Positions 21,068-30,149 are shown, counted from the first letter of the stretch. The stretch: DNA of 64,000 bases from an uncultured Acidobacteriaceae bacterium (GCA_963758245.1 CAVWUV010000014.1:127729-191728), one strand, 5' to 3'. Numbers and translations: made by a program. The notes: generated from the sequence alone by a model not told the origin.

Positions 21068-22187
21068 ACAGGCGGAAAAAACATCCGCAACCCAAACTGA
21101 TTTTCTTCCCATCCACGGGACCGATCACGTGGAGTTCTACGTTGGAAATGCAAAGCAGGCAGCGTACTTCTATCGGGCCTGCATGGGTTTCGCTCTCGTC
21201 GCCTATCGCGGACCGGAGACTGGCACGCGAGACCGCGTTTCCTATGTTTTGGAACAAAACAAAATCCGATTCGTGCTGACTACCCCACTGCTGCCCACAG
21301 GCGAAATTGCGGACCACGTGCTTCGGCATGGCGATGGTGTGAAATCGATCGCGCTTTGGGTGGATGAGGCCGAGTCCGCTTGGCACGAGACGACCGCCAG
21401 AGGCGCTCGCGGCATTCAGGCGCCTTTCACCATGGAAGACGAACGAGGAAAAGCGCGCCTCTCCTCGATCGGCATATACGGCGACACAATTATCACGTTT
21501 GTTGAGCGTCGTGATTACCGGGGCGCGTTTCTCCCGGGATTCAGGGAAGTGACCGGTCACGACCGAATCTCCCGGCCCGCCGGCCTCCTTTACATTGACC
21601 ACATGGTCGGAAACGTGGGCTGGGGAGAGATGAACACCTGGGTCGATTTTTACGAGCGCGTAATGGGATTTCGGATGTTCAAACATTTCGACGATCAGGA
21701 CATCTCGACTGAGTATTCGGCTCTCATGTCGAAAGTCATGACGAACGGCAACGAACGAATCCGGTTTCCCATCAATGAGCCCGCTGTGGGCCGCCGTAAG
21801 TCGCAGATCGAAGAGTACCTGGATTTCTACGGTGGTCCGGGCGTGCAACATATTGCGATGGCCACCCATAACGTCATCGAAAGCGTGACAAAGCTGCGCG
21901 ATCAAGGCGTCGAGTTTCTTTCCATTCCTACTACCTATTACGAAGAGTTGACTGCGCGTGTCGGCAAGATCGACGAGCCAATTGACGAGCTGGCAGACTT
22001 GGGCATTCTGGTGGACCGCGATGATGAGGGATACATGCTGCAGATCTTCACGAAGCCGGTCGAAGACAGGCCCACGCTGTTCTATGAGATCATTCAGCGG
22101 AAAGGCAGCCGCAGCTTCGGAAAGGGCAATTTCAAGGCATTATTCGAAGCCATCGAGCGAGAACAGGCGCGGCGCGGGAACCTATGA
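21051..22187 (+). CDS. hppD: 4-hydroxyphenylpyruvate dioxygenase
   Basis: Two VOC/glyoxalase-type modules (HVEFYVGNAKQAAYFY; IDHMVGNV). C-terminal signature IFTKPVEDRPTLFYEIIQRKG...FGKGNFKALFEAIE. The start is taken at the ATG at 21051 of ORF 21009..22187. Confidence 0.9.
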   Translation: MPQLTEQAEKTSATQTDFLPIHGTDHVEFYVGNAKQAAYFYRACMGFALVAYRGPETGTRDRVSYVLEQNKIRFVLTTPLLPTGEIADHVLRHGDGVKSIALWVDEAESAWHETTARGARGIQAPFTMEDERGKARLSSIGIYGDTIITFVERRDYRGAFLPGFREVTGHDRISRPAGLLYIDHMVGNVGWGEMNTWVDFYERVMGFRMFKHFDDQDISTEYSALMSKVMTNGNERIRFPINEPAVGRRKSQIEEYLDFYGGPGVQHIAMATHNVIESVTKLRDQGVEFLSIPTTYYEELTARVGKIDEPIDELADLGILVDRDDEGYMLQIFTKPVEDRPTLFYEIIQRKGSRSFGKGNFKALFEAIEREQARRGNL

Positions 22188-22188
22188 T

Positions 22189-24042
22189 ATGAAATTTCTA
22201 AGAAAACTGCTCTTACCACAATTGGGACTGATCTGGCTTTTTTCGGTCTCCTCGGCGCTTCTTCCCGGCCAAGTATCGACTCAAGCAGACGAGGCTTCCC
22301 GCCTTCGGCGGTCAACCACATACCAGAACCCCCTGTCCTTGAACGATCCGAAAACCGGGCCGGCGGTGAGCTGTCCGGATCCGGCCATCATCAAACAAGG
22401 TCGGGATTGGTTTGACGTCTGGTATCTCTATTGCACCGGAGATCCGCTGAACAGCAATGATAAGGACCAGAACGGGAATCTAAAGAATCATTTGATTTCG
22501 TCGTACGTTTCCGTTGATCTGATCCACTGGACTTATATTGGCGATGTTTTAAAAACACTTCCTGCGTGGATCGGCAACGTGAACACGAATTTGTGGGCAC
22601 CCGCGATCAAGCATTTCAATGACAAGTACTACCTGTATTACACAGCGCCGACCACTCAGCAAGGCGGTTCGGCGATCGGCGTTGCAACCAGCGAAGACCC
22701 GGCCGGTCCCTGGACAGATAGTGGAGGCCCGGTTGTGGCGCCGGAACCGAATCCGTATAACAACGCATTCCTGCGCGCCGTTATCGATCCGGATGAGGTC
22801 GAAGATGATTCCGGTCAACGTTACATTTCCTATGGCAGTTTCAACGGCGGCATCAGCATTCGGAAGCTCTCCGCCGATGGGCTGAGGTCGGATGCATCTT
22901 CTGAGCAGCAGATTGCTATCGACAACATGTACGAGGGTGCAAACTTCTGGAAACATGACGGCTACTATTACCTGTTTCTATCGACTTCTTCGTGCTGCGA
23001 TGGGCCACTGAGCGGATACAGCGTTTTCGTGGGCAGGGCACAGAGCCCGACCGGGCCGTTCATCGACAAAAACGGCGTCCCTCTGCTGACATTCGCTCCG
23101 GGAGGTTTCATCTCCCTCGCCGCAAACGGCAACAAATGGGTCGGGCCAGGCGGGAACGTGGTCTTTAAAGACGATTCCGACCGCGACTACATCCTCTATC
23201 ACGCGGTTGACAGCGAGAACCCCTATTTCGACGGGTATCCCGGATTCACGCGCCGTCCCGCCATGATGGATCCCATCGATTGGGTGGACGAATGGCCTGA
23301 AGTGCGCGGTGGATATTGGGCTTCCGCGACAGAGCAGCCGGGGCCCGCAGCCCAGCCATGGCAAGTAGACCTGTATGAGCCAAAGGTTAAGCCGGACGAT
23401 GAGCCCGGTCAGGAAATAACCGCGCTCTCCGACGAGTTCAATTCGAAAACGCTTTCAAAGCAGTGGCACTTTATTCATCCGAATGCCAACAACAGCTACG
23501 TGCTGACCGGCAGCGAATATGAGGTGCAGACGATGGGCCCGGATGAGAACGGTGACCCGCAGCACGTATCAATCCTCGGAGAGCCTACGCCGGTCCAGGG
23601 CGATTACCTGGTCGAAACCAAGGTGACCACAAGCGTTCCCTTCGACAATTCGTGTTGCTATAACTTCGCGCAAGGAGCGTTGTTCATCTACGGCGACGAC
23701 CAAAACAGCATCAAGCTGGACGTCTTCCCCGATTTCGATACGCGGCAAACCGAGTTCGGCAAACAAATCGGGCCCGTAGCGCAGTACTTTCTGACCTATG
23801 ACCACATGACGATCGGTCCTCAAGGAGCGACCACGTGGCTTCGAATCGTGAAGCGCACTGGGGACGATCAGCTGGAGCTATATTCCGCGTACACGAGCAA
23901 CGACGGGATACATTGGACGCGCGGCGGAACTTGGCGGCACAATCTGGGGAGCGGCGCGCAAATTGGAATAGCAGCACAGAATACGGCGGGCTTTACGATG
24001 GACTTCGATTACGTTCGGGTTTATCGATTGAAAGGACGATAG
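22189..24042 (+). CDS. Secreted glycoside hydrolase family 43 protein with a C-terminal concanavalin-like/LamG (DUF1349-type) domain
   Basis: ATG at 22189, one nt after the hppD stop. Signal peptide MKFLRKLLLPQLGLIWLFSVSSALL. GH43 propeller motifs (CPDPAII, WAPAI, YYLYYT, EGANFWKHDGYYYLF). The C-terminal beta-sandwich ends in DFDYVRVY. Confidence 0.85.
   Translation: MKFLRKLLLPQLGLIWLFSVSSALLPGQVSTQADEASRLRRSTTYQNPLSLNDPKTGPAVSCPDPAIIKQGRDWFDVWYLYCTGDPLNSNDKDQNGNLKNHLISSYVSVDLIHWTYIGDVLKTLPAWIGNVNTNLWAPAIKHFNDKYYLYYTAPTTQQGGSAIGVATSEDPAGPWTDSGGPVVAPEPNPYNNAFLRAVIDPDEVEDDSGQRYISYGSFNGGISIRKLSADGLRSDASSEQQIAIDNMYEGANFWKHDGYYYLFLSTSSCCDGPLSGYSVFVGRAQSPTGPFIDKNGVPLLTFAPGGFISLAANGNKWVGPGGNVVFKDDSDRDYILYHAVDSENPYFDGYPGFTRRPAMMDPIDWVDEWPEVRGGYWASATEQPGPAAQPWQVDLYEPKVKPDDEPGQEITALSDEFNSKTLSKQWHFIHPNANNSYVLTGSEYEVQTMGPDENGDPQHVSILGEPTPVQGDYLVETKVTTSVPFDNSCCYNFAQGALFIYGDDQNSIKLDVFPDFDTRQTEFGKQIGPVAQYFLTYDHMTIGPQGATTWLRIVKRTGDDQLELYSAYTSNDGIHWTRGGTWRHNLGSGAQIGIAAQNTAGFTMDFDYVRVYRLKGR
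23980..24042. repeat. Copy A of a 63-bp direct repeat (the last 20 codons plus stop of the GH43 gene)
   Basis: AATACGGCGGGCTTTACGATGGACTTCGATTACGTTCGGGTTTATCGATTGAAAGGACGATAG. It recurs at 24471-24533 with 5 mismatches. Confidence 0.9.
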
Positions 24043-24370
24043 CGCCGCGGATGCCGATGCGAAGAATCACGGCTACGGTGAGAACGGGAGCCTCAGCCGT
24101 TACCACGACCTGGGTTCTTCCCTTGACCTGAAACCCTTCGAAATTTTGCGCCCCTAGATCTAAGCGACAGTCAGTGGCCTGATCTGCGGCGTTGAAGATC
24201 CGATTCGATTACGCTATCCTGCACGCTTTCTCCCGATGGACGTTGTAAGCCGATTCGCCGAAATGGTGTGGGAGCAACTGCGAAACGGCGATCTTATTTG
24301 ACGCAGCGGAAACGACTGCGAGTAGGTCGGATGGCGTAGAGTTAAATCCAGTAAACAGGTGGACTGTCCC

Positions 24371-24454
24371 CGCTTTCGTCCGCTTTCGTCGTCCCCGCTT
24401 TCGTCGTCCCGCTTTCGTCCCCCGCTTTCGTCCCCGCTTTCGTCCCGCTTTCGT
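24371..24454. repeat. Tandem array of seven perfect CGCTTTCGT 9-mers separated by C-rich spacers
   Basis: The 9-mers start at 24371, 24381, 24396, 24410, 24423, 24435 and 24446, giving centre-to-centre spacings of 10, 15, 14, 13, 12 and 11 nt. The unit length is not a multiple of 3, so the array is non-coding. Confidence 0.9.
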
Positions 24455-24470
24455 CGCCCCTTTCCCCCAC

Positions 24471-24533
24471 AATACGGCGGGCTTTACGATGGATTTCGAT
24501 TAGATTCGGGTTTATCGATTGAGGGGACGATAG
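24471..24533. repeat. Copy B of the 63-bp direct repeat (a degenerate, stop-containing relic of the GH43 3' end)
   Basis: It matches 23980-24042 at 58 of 63 positions. In the GH43 frame it reads NTAGFTMDFD*IRVYRLRGR*. It overlaps the last 7 codons of the convergent esterase gene. Confidence 0.9.
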
Positions 24534-25624
24534 GGACCGGCACTCCCGAGCTTCTTATTGAAAAAGTCCGCCATGATCTGGTCGGCCTCTTTCGATTCGG
24601 GCAAATGTGCATCGTTCCAGAAAGCGTGAGGCAGAGCCTCGAAAACGACAAGCTGCGCATCGACGCCGGCCCGCAGAAAGGCGCGATGGAGAATTGTCGT
24701 TCCGCTAAGGAGAAGATCACGCGTGCTCGTAATGAACAGCGTTGGCGGAAAACCGGTTAAGTCGGCGTACACGGGAGAAAGCACGGGATTCTTTAGATCA
24801 GTTGATCCGACGTAGGCGGAATCGGAGCTTGCAGCCTGAGATGGCGGAGCGAGCGGTCCCGAAAACCCATTCAGCGAGTAGATCGCTCTCGAATCGCCGG
24901 GCCTGCTGAAGTCTCCAAATCCTGAGAAAATGCCCAACGCTCCGGGAAGCGGCAGCCCCAATTGGCGCAGTTTCACGGCGACCTCGCCAGTCAGTACAGC
25001 TCCAGCGGAAGTTCCATACAAGGCAACGTTTCCCGGTTTATAGGTCTTCAGCACTTCTCTGTAAACCGATATCGTGTCCTCAACGGCGGCGGGAAACGGA
25101 TGTTCCGGCGCAAGCCGGTACAACAGCGCAATTACCTTTGTTTTCGCCAGGTTCGCGATGGGAATCGTTTCGGTAAGCGACCCGGAATCCGAATTGAACC
25201 CGCCGCCGTGCACGTTGATGAGGACACGGTCGCGCTTGTCATCGGGAACAGTGACCGGTGTGATGACTCTTGTGGGTACTCCGGCGATTGTCTGTTTTTC
25301 AACGTTTACCGGGTATAGCCTTCGAAATTCCGCGCCTGCGCCGGTCTGCCATTTATCTGTCTTGCTCCGGCGGTCGGCGAGGCTCTCCTGCACAGGAGTA
25401 TCCGAAACACGCCTGGCCAAAGTCTTTCGCGCTTCAGGACTGATCGTCTCCGGGACGGGAACTACTCGCGTGACGTGAGCTGTCCCATCGGCATCGATGT
25501 AACTCGTATCGCTCTGCGGGATGTTTTGCGGAGGGTTCGATTGCGCCAACGTGACTCTCGGGAGCGCAGCGGCTGCGATGATCGCGGCGCTCAAAACACA
25601 ACACAGACGGTTCGCGGTTCTCAT
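24512..25624 (-). CDS. Secreted alpha/beta hydrolase (hormone-sensitive-lipase-type esterase/lipase)
   Basis: Signal peptide MRTANRLCCVLSAAIIAAAALPRVTLAQ, oxyanion-hole motif HGGGF and nucleophile elbow GTSAG. 370 aa. Confidence 0.85.
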   Translation of the reverse strand: MRTANRLCCVLSAAIIAAAALPRVTLAQSNPPQNIPQSDTSYIDADGTAHVTRVVPVPETISPEARKTLARRVSDTPVQESLADRRSKTDKWQTGAGAEFRRLYPVNVEKQTIAGVPTRVITPVTVPDDKRDRVLINVHGGGFNSDSGSLTETIPIANLAKTKVIALLYRLAPEHPFPAAVEDTISVYREVLKTYKPGNVALYGTSAGAVLTGEVAVKLRQLGLPLPGALGIFSGFGDFSRPGDSRAIYSLNGFSGPLAPPSQAASSDSAYVGSTDLKNPVLSPVYADLTGFPPTLFITSTRDLLLSGTTILHRAFLRAGVDAQLVVFEALPHAFWNDAHLPESKEADQIMADFFNKKLGSAGPYRPLNR

Positions 25625-25685
25625 GCTTGTATGTCTCTCTCTGGAATCTTACGCTTCGGTTCTATCATTCTGCTCGGCTGAACGG

Positions 25686-27374
25686 TTATCCTGCGCTAGC
25701 GGAGCCTGCCTGAAATCTATGAATCGCTAACCCCACCGCGACCACTACAACGCAACCAATCACGTTGTACCAGAGGAAGGAAATCTGAGTGAATATCGCT
25801 ACTGCGAAGATTGCAACCTCACCCGCCAAGACTCCCCAAAAAGCCCCCGTCCCGCCTACACGTTTGCAAAAGAATGCAAGCACAAAGACGCCGAGCAGTC
25901 CTCCATAGAAAAGAGAGCCGACTATGTTCACGCGAACGATGAGCGCTCCAAAGCCTCGACCGCCCAGAGCGGCGAACGCCACGGCATAGGCGCCCCAGAA
26001 CAGTGTCAGCAAGCGTGACGCGGCCAGGTAGTGACGATCACCGCGATTGCGAACGAAAAACCGGCGGTAGATATCCACTACCGAGACAGTGGCCAGAGAG
26101 TTGATCTCACCAGAGGTCGATCCCATGGAAGCCGAGAAGATCACACCGATTACCAAGCCCACGAGGCCTGCCGGAAGGTACGATTTCACGAAGGTCAAGA
26201 AGATGTAATTGGTGTCATCGAATTTTTCGCCTCCGTGCAGCCGCTGCACGATTTGGAGAGCCTGCTGGCGCGTGTTGTCAAATCCTTCCTGCGCCTGGCG
26301 AAAGCTCGACAGAGCAGCTTTCGTTTCAGTACCTGAGTGACGGTCGGCCCGTACAAGCTGATAGGCTGCGTCCCGGCGCTGCTCGAATGCGATCTGGTAC
26401 TTGGCTTGAGCAGGCTTCCAGGAAGCGGTCTGCGCTGCCCGAGTAGCTTCTGCAGGTTGGAAGATCATAGGCGAAGGGGCGAACAGAGATAACACGAAGA
26501 CCATTGCGCCGATGAAAAGAATGAAGAGCTGCATCGGAATCTTGACTACAGCGGTGAAAAGCAGGCTCAGCCGGCTTTGCGCGATTGATTTTCCTGTGAG
26601 ATAGCGCTGTACCTGGCTTTGATCGCAACCGAAGTAGGCTAATGCGAGAAAGCCTCCGCCGATGAGACCGCTCCAGAGGTTATAGCGATCGTTCGGATCC
26701 AGTCGGAGGTTGACAATATTCAATCGATTAGCTGCGCCCGCGAGATGCAGAGCATCGAAGAACGAGATGCCCGAGGGCAACGCGTGTATCACGATGAAAA
26801 GGCTGACAGTGAGGGCAACGAAAATCATGCTCATTTGCTGCACGTCAGCCCAGGTGAGCGCCTTGATCCCGCCGGTGGCTGTATAGGTTACGACGAGGAT
26901 CCCAATCAAAACCGTAATAAGCCGATCGGACCAGCCGAGGACAGCCGAGAGCGCTACGGCTGGAGCATACAGGCCAATTCCCGCGGCCAGACCGCGCTGG
27001 GCGAGGAAAACGAGGCTCACCAAGGCGCGAGTTTTCGCATCAAATCGCTGCTCGAGATACTCGTAGGCTGTATAGACGTTGGCGCGATGAAAGATGGGAA
27101 CGGCGGTCGCAGAAAGAATGATCATTGCGATGGGCAAGCCGAAGTAAAACTGCACAAACCGCATACCGTCTACATAGCCTTGCCCGGTGGTAGAGATGAA
27201 GGTAATCGCGCTGGCCTGCGTGGCCAAAATCGAGAGGCCCATCGCATACCACGGCATGCTCTTCCCCGCGAGTAAATACTTGTTGACCGTGCTGCTGCCG
27301 CGGCCGCGATAGAGACCGTAGGACACCAGAGATATCAACCACGTGAAGAGGACGATCCAATCCAACGTCCTCAT
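25686..27374 (-). CDS. Sodium:solute symporter (SSS) family transporter
   Basis: About 13 TM helices. The N-terminus LDWIVLFTWL...YLLAGKSMPWYAMGLSILATQASAITFISTTG is typical of SSS. The start is taken at the ATG at 27374, in an ATGA overlap with the cutC stop. The upstream R-rich extension of the ORF is judged non-coding. Confidence 0.85.
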   Translation of the reverse strand: MRTLDWIVLFTWLISLVSYGLYRGRGSSTVNKYLLAGKSMPWYAMGLSILATQASAITFISTTGQGYVDGMRFVQFYFGLPIAMIILSATAVPIFHRANVYTAYEYLEQRFDAKTRALVSLVFLAQRGLAAGIGLYAPAVALSAVLGWSDRLITVLIGILVVTYTATGGIKALTWADVQQMSMIFVALTVSLFIVIHALPSGISFFDALHLAGAANRLNIVNLRLDPNDRYNLWSGLIGGGFLALAYFGCDQSQVQRYLTGKSIAQSRLSLLFTAVVKIPMQLFILFIGAMVFVLSLFAPSPMIFQPAEATRAAQTASWKPAQAKYQIAFEQRRDAAYQLVRADRHSGTETKAALSSFRQAQEGFDNTRQQALQIVQRLHGGEKFDDTNYIFLTFVKSYLPAGLVGLVIGVIFSASMGSTSGEINSLATVSVVDIYRRFFVRNRGDRHYLAASRLLTLFWGAYAVAFAALGGRGFGALIVRVNIVGSLFYGGLLGVFVLAFFCKRVGGTGAFWGVLAGEVAIFAVAIFTQISFLWYNVIGCVVVVAVGLAIHRFQAGSASAG

Positions 27375-28078
27375 AAAAGCGCGCTCTTGAGCGACGCTAC
27401 TCGAGCGCGATCTACGACGCCGGACGTTACAGGCGGCACACGTGCAGCGCGCCCCACGTGAAGCTCGGAAAGACTCGGCTCTTGCTTGAGTTCCGCGAAA
27501 ATCGAACTGCGAAGGCCGATACCGACAAGGATCTTGATTTGCGGGGCGGCGGCACGTTGCCACTCGAGCAGGCGCTGTTTGCGTTCTCTCCAGGGGCCGG
27601 CTCCTCCGCGGGTCAGGATTCGATCAATCTGAGGAAATTGCTTCAATTCCTCGATCGCGGCAAGCGGATCATCGACATGTTCGAACGCGCGATGAAAGGT
27701 CACTGCGAGATTTGGAGCAGCCCCAAGAAGTTCCTGAATCATCGCCAGGTCCAGCGCGCCATTGCGGACGAAACCAAGGACTAATCCGTTGATCGGAAGC
27801 TTGGCGAAGGTTTTCGCGCATGCTCGAAGGATCTCGATTTCTCGCGGTCCGCCGGCTGACATGGAAGCGTTTTCTCGAAGCATGACTCGTACGGGAATGG
27901 AAACTGCCGTGACGATCTGCCGGACCAACTCTGCAGAGGGCGTAAGGCCACCGGACTCGAGCGAACGAACCAGCTCGAGCCTGTCCGCGCCGCCCAACTC
28001 TGCTTCCGTACCCTCGTGAAGCGAGGTGACGATCACTTCCAGGAGTCTTGGCACGGGGCTGTAATCAGCACGTTGCAT
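27371..28078 (-). CDS. cutC: CutC family (copper homeostasis protein CutC-like) TIM-barrel protein
   Basis: LEVIVTSLHEGTEAELGGADRLELV...GGLTPS and a later HRAFE motif, with the length typical of CutC. The start is taken at the ATG at 28078. Confidence 0.8.
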   Translation of the reverse strand: MQRADYSPVPRLLEVIVTSLHEGTEAELGGADRLELVRSLESGGLTPSAELVRQIVTAVSIPVRVMLRENASMSAGGPREIEILRACAKTFAKLPINGLVLGFVRNGALDLAMIQELLGAAPNLAVTFHRAFEHVDDPLAAIEELKQFPQIDRILTRGGAGPWRERKQRLLEWQRAAAPQIKILVGIGLRSSIFAELKQEPSLSELHVGRAARVPPVTSGVVDRARVASLKSALL

Positions 28079-28389
28079 CAGTAGCTGTACAGCCGTGTAA
28101 TTGCATACAATCCACAGATCAGGAAGAACAGATAACACAGTACTGCAGTGTATACGCGAGTCCAGCGGCCGAGAAACGGCGGAGGATCATCGTATACTTC
28201 CTTGACCGGCAGAGCTGGCATGTTGACTCTCAGACCCGGGATGCTCTAGAAATATCGGCAGTACCAACCCAATTATTCCGCAGGGTAACCTATATAGTTC
28301 AAGAGAAGCCGTTAAAAGGAGTAAACGGCAGCGGTAAACGGGGCGCTGTGAATGTGTGAGATTCGAGACATGATGCTCTCCGCTACACT

Positions 28390-29817
28390 GTGAAGACCGT
28401 GGGAAATCCAGCCGCACGTCAGGGCGTTAACGTCCTAATCGTCGATGATGAGGAATCGCAACGCGCTCCCCTGGCGGCGATGGTTTCGGCCTGGGGTTTC
28501 AACGTTGAGACCGCCGGGGACGGCCAAGAAGCTCTCGAGAAGCTATCTACTTTTGGCCCACACGTGATCGTCACCGATCTGATGATGCCCCGAATGGACG
28601 GATTCGAATTGATGAAGCGGCTGGGCTCCGACGGCAACATGCCGCCCGCCATTGTCCTAACCGCGTTCGGGAATATAGAAACGGCGATCCAGACGATTCA
28701 CGATCTGGGGGCTTTTTGGTTTCTCGAAAAACCGATACAGCCGGCCGCTTTGCGGGTGCTGCTGGAACGCGCGACGACGCAGAGTCAGCTCGTCGAGGAA
28801 GCCGAGCGGCTGCAGCGGCAGTTATCGTACCAGGGTGTCCTGGTGGACATGGTCGGAACGTCTCCGCAAATGCAGCAGGTATTCTCGGTTATCCGTCAGG
28901 TTGCTCCCAGCAAAGCTCCGGTGCTGGTAGCTGGGGAGAGCGGAACCGGCAAGGAGCTGGTAGCTCGCGCGATACACCAGTTGAGCAATCGCCGGGGCGG
29001 TCCTTTTGTCGCGATTAACTGCGCTGCCATGCCCGAGACGCTGATGGAAAGCGAACTGTTCGGACACGAAAAGGGCGCATTCACAGGCGCTCTGGAGCGG
29101 CGCGCGGGTTGCTTTGAGCTCGCGCAGCATGGAACCTTGCTGTTGGACGAACTTGTGGAGATGCCCTCTGGAACCCAAGCGAAGCTCTTGCGCGTGCTCG
29201 AAGATTCCCGTGTTCGCCGCCTTGCTGGAAAGAGCGAGATTTCAGTTGACGTGCGGGTGGTGGCGGCCACCAATCGAAACGTGGATGAGGCGCTCAAGAA
29301 GGGCGACCTGCGCGATGACCTTTATTACCGGTTGAACGTTTTTCAGATTTCGCTTCCGCCGTTGCGGCAGCGTCTAAGCGACCTGCCCGTCCTGTGCGAT
29401 ACGCTCATCACTCACTTGAACCGAAAGCATTCGTGCAATATCACACAGGTCACGCCGGAAGTCATGGAAGCTTTCCATAGGTATTCGTGGCCCGGGAATG
29501 TACGCGAGCTCCGGAACGTTTTAGAGCGGGCGGTAATTATGGCGGGTGAAGGTGCTATTCAGACCGCCCACCTGCCGTACGACTTTGGCGTTCCTGCCGG
29601 ATCGCGACCGCCGGCGCAGGTGTTTGAACCGGACAGCGTTCGATTGCCCGTCGGGACGACCGTGAGCGACGCTGAGAAGGCGCTCATTCAGCTCACTTTG
29701 CAGCACACGAAGAACAATAAAACGCGTGCAGCTGAGATTCTGGGAATCAGTCTCAAGACCCTGTTCAACAAGCTCAAAGAGTACGGCGCATCGGATAGCG
29801 CGGACGCGAGCACCTAG
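28390..29817 (+). CDS. Sigma-54-dependent response regulator (NtrC family: REC + AAA+ + Fis-type HTH)
   Basis: REC domain (VLIVDDEES...VTDLMMPRMDG), Walker A GESGTGKE, the GAFTGA sigma-54 contact loop, and the C-terminal HTH NKTRAAEILGISLKTLFNKLKEY. No adjacent histidine kinase. Confidence 0.9.
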   Translation: MKTVGNPAARQGVNVLIVDDEESQRAPLAAMVSAWGFNVETAGDGQEALEKLSTFGPHVIVTDLMMPRMDGFELMKRLGSDGNMPPAIVLTAFGNIETAIQTIHDLGAFWFLEKPIQPAALRVLLERATTQSQLVEEAERLQRQLSYQGVLVDMVGTSPQMQQVFSVIRQVAPSKAPVLVAGESGTGKELVARAIHQLSNRRGGPFVAINCAAMPETLMESELFGHEKGAFTGALERRAGCFELAQHGTLLLDELVEMPSGTQAKLLRVLEDSRVRRLAGKSEISVDVRVVAATNRNVDEALKKGDLRDDLYYRLNVFQISLPPLRQRLSDLPVLCDTLITHLNRKHSCNITQVTPEVMEAFHRYSWPGNVRELRNVLERAVIMAGEGAIQTAHLPYDFGVPAGSRPPAQVFEPDSVRLPVGTTVSDAEKALIQLTLQHTKNNKTRAAEILGISLKTLFNKLKEYGASDSADAST

Positions 29818-29846
29818 TACATACCTGCGTGTGGCCGAAGCCTCGA

Positions 29847-29867
29847 TTGTGGGTACAGTTGTGGGTA
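29847..29867. promoter_or_regulatory. Direct repeat TTGTGGGTA-N3-TTGTGGGTA just upstream of brnT (candidate TA operator)
   Basis: Perfect 9-mers at 29847-29855 and 29859-29867, 10 nt before the GTG start of brnT. Any role in autoregulation is inferred only from position. Confidence 0.3.
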
Positions 29868-29876
29868 TGACGGCGC

Positions 29877-30149
29877 GTGGAATTTAGCTGGGACGAACCG
29901 AAGCGCGAATGGGTACTAGCCCGGCCGGGAATAGATTTTCTGCGTGTAGCCTTCAGCTTTTTTGATGGCCGCCCGCTACTCACTGTGCCGACGCCACGGA
30001 GCGAGGAAGAGCGGTTTCTAAGCCTCGGTCCGATGGAGGGAAAATTCTTTGCCGTCATATGGCCCTGGCGAAACGGAACCATACGAATTGTGACAGCAAG
30101 GAGGGCGAGAGATGCGGAAGAAAAGCGATACCGTGCGTTATACAGCTGA
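29877..30149 (+). CDS. brnT: BrnT-family (DUF497) type II toxin
   Basis: 90 aa. The segments EFSWDEPKREW...GIDF......EERF..LG..EGKFFAVIW..R.GTIRIVTARRA...E...Y fit the BrnT ribonuclease toxin pattern. Confidence 0.8.
   Translation: MEFSWDEPKREWVLARPGIDFLRVAFSFFDGRPLLTVPTPRSEEERFLSLGPMEGKFFAVIWPWRNGTIRIVTARRARDAEEKRYRALYS

Noticed and set aside
20925-21905. 326-aa ORF antisense to hppD.
   Set aside because: hppD on the plus strand has unambiguous signatures. The antisense translation has no recognisable domain and shows the composition typical of shadow ORFs.
21958-22188. N-terminal extensions offered by the ORF track. Examples are the GH43 ORF from 21958, the SSS ORF from 27563, the ORF from 41251, the ORF from 50046, the fahA ORF from 18079 and the ORF from 2716.
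   Set aside because: The extensions overlap upstream genes or IS sequence and are R/S/C-rich. They precede obvious signal peptides or conserved N-termini that begin at internal ATG or GTG codons with better spacing and RBS-like purine tracts.
24368-24468. Possible CRISPR array.
   Set aside because: The repeats are only 9 nt with 1-6 nt spacers, far below CRISPR repeat and spacer sizes. No cas genes are in the window.
24209-24472. 87-aa ORF beginning with a K/R/G-rich repeat (GATKAGRKRGRKRGTKAG...).
   Set aside because: The repeat part is simply the translation of the non-triplet CGCTTTCGT tandem array, and the frame drifts between units. The remaining 50 residues have no recognisable family and may be a gene fragment.
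28049-28066. Sigma-54 promoter-like TGGCAC (TTGGCACGGGGCTGTAA) near the sigma-54 regulator gene.
   Set aside because: The -12 element (TTGC) is not matched (TGTA). The site lies inside cutC on the antisense strand. Other TGGCAC occurrences (7571, 21223, 38453, 39593) also lack a properly spaced -12 GC.
28139-28389. Direct repeat GTAAACGG-N5-GTAAACGG (about 28323-28343) upstream of the sigma-54 response regulator gene.
   Set aside because: It is an 8-mer occurring twice, with no partner site and no known regulator. That is too little evidence to call a binding site.
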